A DNA stretch of 64,000 bases, taken from contig CAVNZM010000004.1 of the NCBI GenBank assembly GCA_963693365.1, positions 1 to 64,000 on the forward strand. Reading direction: 5' to 3'. This document shows, one piece after another, positions 12,393-24,317 of the stretch. Made by a program: the position numbers and the translations under genes. The notes under the pieces are model-generated. The model saw only the letters and a list, made by a program, of their open reading frames with translations. It made no database searches and had not been told where the DNA came from. Numbering within the stretch: position 1 is the stretch's first letter; each line of letters starts with the position of its first letter. The DNA comes from Amoebidium appalachense (Eukaryota > Protista > Ichthyosporea).

Positions 12393-15300
12393 AATGTGGG
12401 TGGGTGGGTGGGTACAGAGAAGGGGAGGGGGGGGGGGGGGGCGTGTATGTGTGTGCCTGTGTGTGTATGTTAAAGACAGGGGAGGGGGGGAAGGGGGAGA
12501 GGTCAGGGTAGGGAGAAAGGGAGGGAAGGATGGGTGGGTGGGAGGGTTGGAGGGAAGGAGGGAGGGGGAGAAAGGGTAGAGGGAGGGATAGCGGAAAAGA
12601 CAGAAAGAGAGGGGCAAAGAGAGCCTGAGGAGGGCAGTCGGTAAAGAGGAAGGGCGGGAGGGTGGGACGGAGAGGGAGAAGGGGGAAGTGGAGAACTAGG
12701 CAGGGGGGGGGGCCGAGAGCAAGAGGGGGGGTGGGGAGGGTGTGGGCGGTGTGTGTGTGTGTATGTGTGTGTGTATGTATGTTGTGTGTGTGTGTGTGGG
12801 GGGGGGGGGGGGGTTGGATGGGGGATTCGGTTGGGAGTGGGTTCTTTATAGAACTGGCAACCATTGACCAGCTATTCTCTCACCCTGTCTTTGTCTTCAC
12901 TCTGCAGCTTATGGCAATAATGGCAAACGTTCCTTGGCTGAGTGTGGTATGGAGGTTGGGTCTTTCGACAGTGATGGCTCTGACGATGACGATGAGGGGT
13001 CAAGTGACGAGAGCCCCGGTCCATTCAACGTGTCAACATGTGTGCGCCTAGCAGGCCGCAAGCTTAACGCCCGGCGTGCGATGCGCAAGCTGATTGGGTC
13101 TGTGCACAGCTCCGAGGGGTTTGCTTTAGCAGCACAGGACCCGGATCATCTGCTCTTCACTCTAGTGTTCTTTGACGAGGCCGTGGCAGCAGACATACAG
13201 CCTGCCAGGTGCTTCCTGCCGAAACCCCCCCCCCCCCCCCTTCCCCTCCAACGCCCCCCCCGCTCCTCCCTCTCGCCTCTCCCCCCCTTTCCCTGCAGGG
13301 CCTCCTCCCCTTTCCCCCGGGCCCACCCCCCTTTCCCCTCCCCCCAATGAAACAGTATCTGAGTTGGGTTTCGTTAACGAGGGGAATAGGTCGAAACTCG
13401 GGTACTGTGGATGACGTGGGCCCCCCCTGAGGATGGGCTCTGCTTATTATGCATACTCTTTATGTATGGCTTGCATTCTGCATCGTGTTATCCGTTTGTT
13501 CTTGTGTACTTCGTACTTTTTGACGCATTCAAACCCCCCCCCCCCCCCCCGCCCCCTTTTCTGCATCCCCCTCCCCTCTCCTCCTTCCCACAATTCTTCC
13601 GCCCAACTGCTCCACCTCCTTACTTCCTTGCACGTATCAATCCATCTCTCCTTCCAACCCAAGTGACACCAGTTCTTTGTCAGACACCCTGCCTCCCCAG
13701 GCCCACTTATTATGCCTGTCCTGTTCCCCTCCCCCCCCCCCCTCCCCCTCAGGAGGGCCTCTGCCCATTCGTCCCTCCTTTTCAAGTCCTCCATTACCTC
13801 TTACCTCCCCTAATTCTCATTATTCTCTAATAGTATACCTATATCTTCCATCCTACCTTTTTGGAGGCTCCCTGCTTCTCTTCCACCTATTTGAAAGCAT
13901 CTGCATCTACCCCCCCCCCCCCCCGTTCATAGCCCCTCCTTCATCAGTACTCCCTTACATCTGCCCGGCCCCCTTCAGAGTGCCCCACCCCCTCCTCCCC
14001 CCACACACACACCCCTCCCCTTTCACACACATGCACACACGAACGCACCCATGCATGCACGCATGCACCCTCCCTCGCAGCCACGAGCGCACACACTCTT
14101 ATTCACTTATAGAATTGTTAATAATCTAATGCCCCCCCCCCCCCCCCCCCCCCAACCCCAACCCACCCACACACGCACACGCACACACGCGCCAAGGTTT
14201 CCCTTGTTCTGCTCCTCGGCCTTTCCGCCTTCCCCATAATCTGTCTTTCTCTCTCTTTCCCTCCCCCCCCCCCCCCCCCCCCCAACCCCACCCCACCCCA
14301 CCAGCACTGCCCTACCACCCGCCCACTTCTTGTCTTTGCTTATTCTTCCTTGTGATGTGCAACACAGGGACATATCCGGGCCACCTGAGGTCCAGCAACA
14401 ACGCCTTCTTCAAATTCTGGGCGCCTGGAGAATGGAGCTTATGGAAACACCCGCTGACGGCAACTGTTTGTTTCATTCGGTGTGGCATTATATCAATCAG
14501 TATCTACAAAGCGGTCATGTAGCTACCCGTGAACACCTCAACACATTGGGGTTTACAGCTAATATGGAGCCTATAGAGGCGATTGGACGGCTACGCGAAC
14601 TAATGGTAAACGAATGGCGGCGAAATCTAGCAGAATACCAAGGATTCCTTTCAAGGGCGACCCTCGCATACGTAGCTGATGATTTCCGCTGTCCTCGGCG
14701 CGCCCATTTTGCTTCTGCAGCCGGTGACGCGATGGTGCTGGGCTTAGCCAACGCACTCCGCATACCAATAACCATTTTTAGCACGATTGCCAATCACGGT
14801 GTAGTTGCGGTCACTCCACCCACCGTCATTGAACCCAACATTGCCATACCCGTATCACTTAACGGTGCAGCAGATCATTACTCAGTGGTAATACATCGCT
14901 TGTCGCATGCGAACAAAATCTCGGACAACAACCAAGCACAGACATCACACTCAGTTGACACGGAAAACTCGACGGAGTTGGCGTCTAACGCTAACACAAC
15001 TGACACGTTCGGTGGGTTGCCCGCCAAGGGCTGCAGCTGTAATAGAAACAGTAAGGATAGAACACGTTTTTTTTGTGGTTTTAAGAACGGCGGGGGAAAA
15101 GTGCAGGCATACGATGGGCATGAGCGTTGCATATGCGCAAAGAACAAGCGGGCATGCACCCAGGCATGCAGGTGTGAGAATTGTGGCAACAGGTGAGCCG
15201 TATGATATGCATTTGCTACTTTTCTTCTTTTGCATCCTCTATTTGCCCACACTTGGTACTTTATAATCGAAACCTTAACTTGGCCAAATCCAGGTATTTC

Positions 15301-15547
15301 TGCTTGTCCCTCTCTTTATTCCCCCCCCCCCCCCCCCCCTTTCCCCCCCTCCCCCCCCCCCCTCCCCCCGGAGGGGGAAAGAAAAGCCCCCTCTCCCAAT
15401 CCCCTCCCCCTCCTGTATCCGTCGTTTCATGATGTCTAACCCCTCCCCCTCCCCCCCACCTTCCCCACTGCTCACCACCTGCACACCCGCACACCATACA
15501 CAAACTTAAACACACACACGCATGCACGTGTGCACGCACACACACAG

Positions 15548-15580
<33 letters not shown>

Positions 15581-17312
15581 ACCCACCCACACACACACAC
15601 AATGCATCCGCGCATCATGGTCCATGCATACACGTGTGTGGATAGATGCACAGGTGCACGAATCCACGCCCGCACGCACCCACAGAGCACGTGTGCGCAC
15701 GCACACACAAACACACATGTGTACACGTGCGCGCGCATTCACACGCACACACAAACGCACATACAAATGCAGTCATGGACAGCGGCCAGAGCCAAACCGT
15801 CCAGGTCGCCCGTCTACCATGCAGCTGCATTTATCCGGCGAAGGGGGGAGCCTTTCCCTGAGAAGTGGTGATGGGTCCAACACCACCCATACGGCCAACA
15901 CAACAGCCACCAGGGGCAAGGCCACTGCCACGGTTCCAACGCAAAGGCGGCGCGCACGATTCACGCAAACACGAACCACAGATCAGAATGGTTTGGAGTA
16001 TTATGTGTCTGTGGGCGAGGAGGTACGTTCGGGTAGATGGTCGGATGCGGAGACCGCGTTGATTGAAAGTATTGTTATTTCGCTTGCGGAACAAAAGTTG
16101 CCGGCAACAGAGGAGGACATATTTGCACATTACCATGCAGCATTGGAGGGCAACGAGGAGGGTGTGGGGCTGGATGCCATCCTTTCCAAAACGTTGAAGC
16201 AAATCAAGTCAAAAATAGAACACATTGAGAAGGAAAGACGTTTGCGTAGTCAGGTGGCCGCCGAGGTGAGGGAGGAAATCGCGAGAGCTAAGGAAGCCGC
16301 TGCTAGGACAGTTACGGAGAAAGCAAGCGAGAGAGCACGAAACACGAAACGTGGGCTGAAGTCACAGAGTAATTCACAGACTGCCCCGTCAAAGAAGGCC
16401 AAGCCCAGCGGCCTTTCACGTGCAAGCACCAACACAGGTGTTGCCCCTCTGTCAGGTGCATGATCCCACCAGTTCGTCAACCGATTCGGCGGATGAATTC
16501 CAAAGCACCCAACAGTCTGGGGTGATTCCCCCTAGCCAGCACCCGCACCATCCGCAAGCGTTCCACCCCAGTTATTATCACACATACCCGAGCACGATAG
16601 CCAGTGCACAATGTAGCGTCTGTCAACTGACTTTAGCAATCCCTCCCCATCTGTGTCATACTTACATGCAATGCTGTAGGTGCAAGGCCATGTTGTATGC
16701 TCTGGTCACCGCTTTTGGCATCCGCCTGCTCAATTTTAGTGTCACGGATAATAGGTGGAAGTGAGCCAATCCCTCCACTTAGTTTTTTATTTTTCTAATT
16801 GTTATTGTGGCTGCCAGCTGCTTTGGGGTCAGGTGGCAAACGTAGGGCATGTCTAGTAGGTTCGATTAGTATGGGATTTGGCATCATGATGCCAAGACTT
16901 AGTCAATACAGTAACTTAAGAATCAGTTTGTTAGGTGTTAGTTGTAACATTTAACTTCCAGTAATGTTCAGCATGTCATAGTGGTAGTTTATGATTGTAA
17001 TGTTACTTACAGTTTAACTACATGTAATGTCACGGTGTATGTAGAGTATGCTGTCACATTCAATGCACACACACACGGCACACACACACGAACATGCACA
17101 CACGCAACCACATACACGTCAAGCACACACTACGTATACATCCATGCATGCGACATTCGCCTTTTTAATACCTATGATATCATTACGTAGTCAAAATACC
17201 ATAATAATAATGTGTAGAAGTGATTGCAGGTCACTTTCACATGCTGCAGCTGTTTTATTAATAATGACACCGTAAATTAATGGCAAGCACACTGCAGACT
17301 CGGATTCCCCCC

Positions 17313-17343
<31 letters not shown>

Positions 17344-17388
17344 AAATCCCCCCCCCCCCCCCCCCCCCCCGTTCCCCCTCGAAATTTT

Positions 17389-17446
<58 letters not shown>

Positions 17447-17470
17447 CGGGGAAACGAGGGTGCAACCCTG
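9333..17470 (+). mobile_element. Putative large DNA transposon carrying the transposase-OTU gene; left part probably displaced by the Copia insertion
   Basis: Transposase gene inside. Candidate right end ...GAGGGTGCAACCCTG at 17470 (reverse complement CAGGGTTGCA, a common TIR start), preceded by C-run/G-run blocks. No matching left TIR was found in the window. Confidence 0.4.
10018..16463 (+). CDS. Spliced DDE transposase (DUF6729-associated type, DxxH signature) fused to OTU-like Cys protease, CXC-like Cys cluster and Myb/SANT-like domain
   Basis: Exons ~10018/10078-11725, 12908-13208, 14368-15192 and 15773-16463, with GT-AG joins in compatible phases (1, 2, 2). Transposase motifs: IWDP, LSADHTFKV, VLNEHGQV, YIDN, VKLDPFH, HVRKGCLS, RGTGQNEILHR. 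OTU motifs: PADGNCLFHSV and ADHYS. Cys cluster: CSC...C...CICAKNKRACTQACRCENCGN. Myb-like: RWSDAETALI...KTLKQIKSKI. The true start is unresolved; a possible exon lies at ~9651-9761. Confidence 0.8.
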
Positions 17471-18127
17471 ATCGCGAGAGAAGTCTTTCTATATCTCTTG
17501 CACCCGACGATTACGTATACGTGTATGCATTGCATATGAACACCTCCATCGTTTGAATAAGTCAAAAGAACCGAAGAAAAAAAGAATACTTTCGGCACAA
17601 ACCTCAGTCCCTCCGGAGACCCCGCCGCGCGCTGCGCGCGGAATCATGAGCTTTTTCGTTCCGGGAGGGTCCGAGGGATCTCTGAACTCTTGGGGAAGAA
17701 GGAATTTTCAACAGCACCATACCATTGGTGGAGGAGAGAACATATGGCCAATGGTTAGGCGCGATGTAACTACAGCGAATCCCAACAAGCTTTTGCAATC
17801 TGAAATCACGCACTATTTGTGCCTAGACACGATTTTGCTTGTTTTGGCTAATCTACTGAGGGGCCTATTGGTGACACAAATTCATTTTTCCCTCCGCTGG
17901 GGCCAGTCAGAGGGTGACTGAGGCCTACACAGTGCCTACACTGCAGCAGTGCAAGTCAGGTCCCACGGGCAACTGTCAGACAGGCACGGCCATGTTGAAC
18001 AAACCCAACCAAAGTATTTTCTGCTAGCAATAAAATCACTAGGAGCAGGTAGTTTGCTGAGGAGCCTGAAGGAGGACGCCAGAGGAAGGGACCCACATAT
18101 GGGTATGGCACCCAGATAGGCTGCAGG

Positions 18128-18257
18128 ATGGCTGACGTGGACAACAGGGAGCAGCTCAAGGCGCTTGGCGCAAAAAAGGTAGGAAGGGCCCGCCCTAGGT
18201 GCAGGTCACTGCGCTTCTCTCGGGCTGGCTCTTTATATGCGCGCGCACGTGCGCACG

Positions 18258-18344
<87 letters not shown>

Positions 18345-19008
18345 ATGTACCTGCGATGTGCATGCTCTTGGCTATAGCATTCGTGTGCCTGTGTCTTGTT
18401 GTTGTCAGTGTTTGGGTTGTATGTCTCGTGCTGCGCGCCTGTATGCCTGTATACTTGTGTGTGTGTGTTTGCGTGGTGTGTCTGGGCTGAGAGTGCGTAG
18501 ATGGCCTGCTACACAAGCCTATCTGCTGTCCTGTTCTGGAGTTCAGACTCTGCTTTTGTTGGACCCTGTGTTGACCGTGTGTGAGCGCATTTTTGGTTTT
18601 TTATTTGTAAGTCACCTTTGCACTTCTGCAAAATTGACCCAGTTTAGGTGGTTTTGTGTCGTAACACCTGACACAAAGCGTGCTATAACTTTTTTGGGTC
18701 CTTTTGGTGGCTCTTTGTGTTTATGTGGCCTTGCATTGTTCTACTGTGTGCCCGCTTGTGCGCATGCACACACCTTGGGCCTAGTTTGAATTTGTTGCCT
18801 AAGGGCACCTGCCGGTACACGTGGGCACGTGAACAATTGTGGGAAGACCCACTATGCTGGTTTTCTGTCCTTAGTGGTGATAGTAGCAGGGGCTGGGAAG
18901 GGGGCGGGCGTGGGGAGGGCCGGGGGTTCTAAAGGGGCAGAGGATGTTTAGTACAGCCCGTGCTGGTGTCGTAATCTTGTTCCATCGGCCTGCCCCTTGT
19001 GGGGCACG

Positions 19009-19045
<37 letters not shown>

Positions 19046-19534
19046 GGAAAAGGGGGCTATGCCTTAAGTGACGCTGTGTCTGTCGGTCATGTGAGGGGGG
19101 TCTGGAAGGAAGATCGAGTAGGGAAGGGGGAAACGAGTTAGGGGGTTAGAGCTGTGTGTTTCTGTGTGTGGCTGTTGTTGAGAGGGGGGGGGGGGGGGGG
19201 GGGGATCAAGTGAGCCCGTGCTGACACAACTTGTTCTGGTACAGCTGGAGAAATTTAAAAAGAAGAAAAAGGCTGGAGAGAGCCCCGGGGCAGCCATGTC
19301 CCCAGAGAACAACGGGTATGTGGGTGGGTGTGGGTGGGTGCGTGTGTGTGCGTGCGCGCGTGTGTGTGTGTCTTTGTGTGTGTGTGGGTGGGTGGGTGGG
19401 TGGGTGTGGGTGTGGGTGTGGGTGTGGGTGTGGGTGTGTACTTGAGTGCATGTGTGTGTGCCTGTGTGTGTATGTTCGTGTGTGTGTTCCGATGTGGGCG
19501 TGTTCGGGATAGAGGAGGTATTGGGGGTGGGGGG

Positions 19535-19574
<40 letters not shown>

Positions 19575-20307
19575 GAGAGAGAGGGAGTGTGTGTGGGGGG
19601 GGCGGGGAAGGGTTGGTGTATTATTGCCCCCCGAGCGCGTCCTCCACCTTTCAGCATGCAAAAGAGAGGGAGCAGCTACTGACGCTATCCTGCTATCTGC
19701 TAGAAGATGGGCCATGATGTTCTCTGTTATCTGTTTGTTGCTGAAGGGCAAAAGAACACGCTGAGAAAGAGGTGTGTGTGCTTGTGTCATGTTCTTTAGA
19801 AACAGAGTCATTTTGGCATCAGCATCAGCTTTTTCATCTCTTTCATTCTTGGACCCACCGGGGGCACATGGGACGGGGGGAATGGGTGGGTGGATGGGGG
19901 AGGGGGGGGGGAGGGGGGAGGGGGGGGGGGGGGCCGGGGGGGGGGGGGGGACGATGGGTGAGAGAGGCTTGGCGAAGTCACCCTTGTAGAACAGGTGCCG
20001 TGATGCAGCCGGCCAGGGGGCGCAGTTATGTTTAGGCGAGTGCTGGCAGTTGGGTGGTCACGTGACCCTGTCCCCCCACTAAGCAGCACCGGCACACCCT
20101 TTGACATGTCTGCGTGCACACGAGCAATCGCAACCCATACATAGCACATGTACACTGAAGGACACACCTCCTTCCTACCGAACTACTATCAACAACACAC
20201 GGAGCCTACTCCCCCGCCCCTCCCATTTTTGGAATGCCAACCTTTTTTTTGCTGCAGTAACCACGTGGTTCCAGGGGAGGGCAGCGACCCCCAACCATTT
20301 GAGGTGA

Positions 20308-20346
<39 letters not shown>

Positions 20347-21007
20347 CTCCGCCCCCACTTCCCCACCCCTCACCCACCCACCCACCCACCCACACCCACA
20401 CAGTACTGATGCGGATATGTGTTTGGGCCTAGGCCCCACAGCAAACATAGCACGTCTGCACCCCACATATGCAACATGTGATATTAGACCTGTTAGAAGC
20501 TGTCGTATGCCATTCGCCAGTCTTATCTCAAGTCAACCTTTTATCTGACACCCCGGTAGACCTAGCCGACTCATACATTTTACCATATGGTTCCCACCTA
20601 GCTGGCAATGTAGGGAGCACACATGATGCCGTATGCGTGCACGACAATCTTTTGAATCAGCCCCTTAATTATGAGACACATCCTCCTCACTCCCTCTTAA
20701 CCACCCCCCCTTTCCCCCCCCCCCCACCAAAAAAAATAAAAAAAAAGGAAAGAAAGAAAAGAAAAAAAAGGGGGGGGAACGCACATACACAAACTCGCAC
20801 ACACAGCAAAAAGACGAGGGAGGACAGGGTAAGGGGTTCATATCACTCACATGTGCAGGCCACACAGATGCCCCCCAGCCCCAATCTCATCCCAACACAC
20901 GTCATGCACACAGTGAGACACATAGACCGAGAAGGCGGGAGATTGGGGTGGGGGGGGGGGGGGAGAAAGGTGTGGTGGTTTTGGATGGAGTGAGGTGTGT
21001 GTGGGGT

Positions 21008-21047
<40 letters not shown>

Positions 21048-21324
21048 TAATGCGGTGTGTGCAATGACATGTAAGAGCGATGCACACACGCAGAAACAGA
21101 GATCAATTCTATACATCACTGAGTGCACTTGTACCGAACAAGTTTAGGAGTGTGTATGTGGGAGGAGGGGCATGAGGGAAGGGAGGGTTGAAGTAGCGCC
21201 AGTTAGCAATGATGACTGCTGGCTCTGCCCTATGCACTTGATTGAGATCTGTATGGCTGCAAAAGGGGAACAAATGTGTATGTGTGTGTAAATGTCTGCT
21301 TTCTTTATTTTTTTTGTGTGTGTG

Positions 21325-21355
<31 letters not shown>

Positions 21356-22882
21356 TGCGCTTATGCAATTGGACGTTGTGTCCTTTGCAGTCGTTCTTTG
21401 TCACCAGGCGCTATTGTGATGCATTCTATTTGCTGTCATGATGCAACATCGTACTGCAGTGCATGGTTCTGTTCTTTCATTTGTGCGTATGGTGTGCAGC
21501 TTTTTTTTTCTCTGCTAGGTGCTGGGTACGTAAGCACTCTTTTGTGTTGGCTGTGTGTGCCTATGTCCGTACGCACGACTCTTCTTGATTAGTTGTGTGG
21601 ACTTTTCTGTGTGCCACACCCTTGTACATAGTAAATATCCCCCTCCCCCCCCCCCTCGGGGGGGGGGGGCATGGCAACTACATACATATCGAGCAGCACA
21701 GAAGCAACCCACCCACCCCGTGCTGACCGTAAATCCCCCCAGACTGCCAGTGCTCTGCCCCAGGCAGGCCATGCGCTCAGTGAGCCTGCCATGACGGCCA
21801 GCCAATCGCTGTTCAAGTCAGAGACACCCCCCCACCGGGCTGCCTCCCCCTCGGGCCACGACACCCTCACCTTCCATCACGGGGACATGTACGGTGCAAC
21901 CAACGGCAGCCCTGTGGCAGACGGCAGTGTGCAGAGGGCGCCCAGCACCCACGGAGAGACGCTTGCCGTGGAGCTGGCCGAGATGGAGCAGAGGCTGGCC
22001 CAAGAGGCACAGGTACTACGCCTGGCTGCTTGCTTTCTCCCCTTCTCCTCCTTCCCCCCCCCCCCGTCTTCCCTCTCTCTCCCTTATTCTCCTCCCCCTC
22101 TCTCGAGTTGCGCCCGGCCCTCTGGCCACCACCATCTGTACCTCTGCCATCCCTCCTCTGCTTTGGTCATTAAGTCGGTCTGAATGTGTGGGTGGGTGTG
22201 TATGGGCTGTGTGCATGCGTGATGGGTGAGTATACATGCTGACAGGAACGGACCTGGCATTCAACTATTGACCCCTTTCAACACACACAAATGCACGCCC
22301 ATGTGTGTGCACACACACGCAATCAGTGATATATACGCCATGCTCCACACATGTACATCTAGACCTTGCCAGGTTTGTTTCGTTGCTTGGGAACGCCGGG
22401 CACACATCGGTCAGCATGCTGCATGCATGCCACTCGGCTGTATCAGTGCAAGGCACAAGACAAGGGCAATAGATGGTGTGGGTGCCCATGTTGATTGGTG
22501 TGCCTTACTATATGGTGTGGGTTCCTGTGTTGGTTGGTGGCCCCTACTCGATGGTGGGTACCCCATCTTGACTGGTGCACACGCACAGCGGGTGGCCAGC
22601 CTGCAGGGTGAGCTTGAAGCAGGCCGTGCAGCCAGTGTGCAGCTGCAGGCCGAGAGGGAGGCCCTGAGGCAGCACGTGGCCCAGCTGGAGGCCAGGCTGC
22701 AGGCAGAGGCGGCACAGAGGGCGCAGGTGGAGGAGGCAATGAGGAGCGCAGAGGGGGGGAAGGTGGAGGCCCAGAGGCAGAGGGAGGAGGCTCAGGCACA
22801 GGCGCAGAGGGATAGGGCTGCATTGCAGGTGCGTGGAGAAATCTCTTTCTTAATTTTTTTGTTTTTTGGAAGGGGGCGGGCT

Positions 22883-22921
<39 letters not shown>

Positions 22922-24267
22922 CTTCCTTGAATCCGTGATTCATTTTCTCAGGTGGAGAAGGGGGGGAGGGGGGGGGGGGGGGGGGGGGGGGTTCCAGCCC
23001 ACACACCAGAATCTGTCAGCATCCGTCACATATTGGATGTGTTTGCATGAAGTACTATCTTCCCCTCCCACACTCGATGGGTCTTCCTACCCTTGTCCCT
23101 GTCCTTCTACCTAATCGTAGACAACAGCACAATTTGACGTATCTTTTATGTTGCAGGCGCAGCTGGACACTGTGCAAGAGCAGATGGACACACTGACTAG
23201 GCAACTGGCTGAGGCACAGGCACAGGCACAGAGGGCAGACAACATGCAGACAGAGAGAGAGACCTTGCAGGTACTTGTGTGTGTTGTCGTGTGCTTGTAC
23301 ATGTGTGTGTATGTGCGTGTGTGTGCGCGCGAGAATCTGTGTATGCTCGTGCATATGTGTGTTTATGAGCATGCCCATACATGTGTTCATGCTCTGGCAT
23401 CTGTTTTGCTCCTGCATCTGACTCGAGTTTATGTGCTCTCCTGTTGTGCATGCATGTTTGCATTCATGTATGCTAAGTGTGGGTCTGTGCTCCTGCTTGT
23501 GGTGTGTATGTGTGTTAGTGCATGTTTGCATGCAACCGCATGTTGAGTGCCTGCACGTATGTCGTTGGCTCTGCATTGGTGCCTGTATGCCAGCCGTGTG
23601 TAGTTCAATGATGGAAGAGGGCAGGGGTAGGTGATTGGGTGGGTGTCCCTTATTCCTGGGTGCCCGCTGGGAGAAGGAGTGGGGGGGAGAGGAGCAGGAG
23701 GGCAGGGAAGGGATGGGGCCGGGGGGCGGGTCGGGGGGGGTGGGGGGGGGGAAGGGAGGGGGGGAATAGCAAGACAGTTTCATGAGGGGTAGAACACAAG
23801 GCGACAACCATATGACATGTGGTGTAAGGCAGCATGTGCATTCATGGTAGTTTCTAGTGTCAGGGAAGCAATGATGGAGGCATATCATGCATGCACTCAG
23901 TGGGGTGCACAGGCCCAGGTCGATGGCATGCGGCAGCAGCTGGAGCAGCAGGCCAGGCAGCTGGCTGAGGCCCGGGCACAGGCACAGAGGGCGGACGGCA
24001 TGCAGGCTGAGAGGGATGATCTGCTGGTATGTGCCTGGGGGACAGGGGGGGGGGGGGGGGGGGGGGACAGGTGGGGTGGGCGGCGCAAAGCGCAAGGGAG
24101 CGATAAAAAGGGTGTTTGAGGGCATGCTGGTGCTACAGTGACTGGGACTGCCGAGCATAACTTATGGCACTTGTATGCCCCACAATATTAGCCTTGATAC
24201 CAACCGCTCTGCCCCAACGCACACACACACACACACACATGTGCGTGCCACTGTACACACGTTAACG

Positions 24268-24317
<50 letters not shown>

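Noticed and set aside
17646-17752. Alternative first coding exon of the CAP-Gly gene
   Set aside because: It has no recognisable protein features, and the motif-bearing N-terminus begins at ATG 18128. More likely 5' UTR or uORF; unresolved without RNA data.
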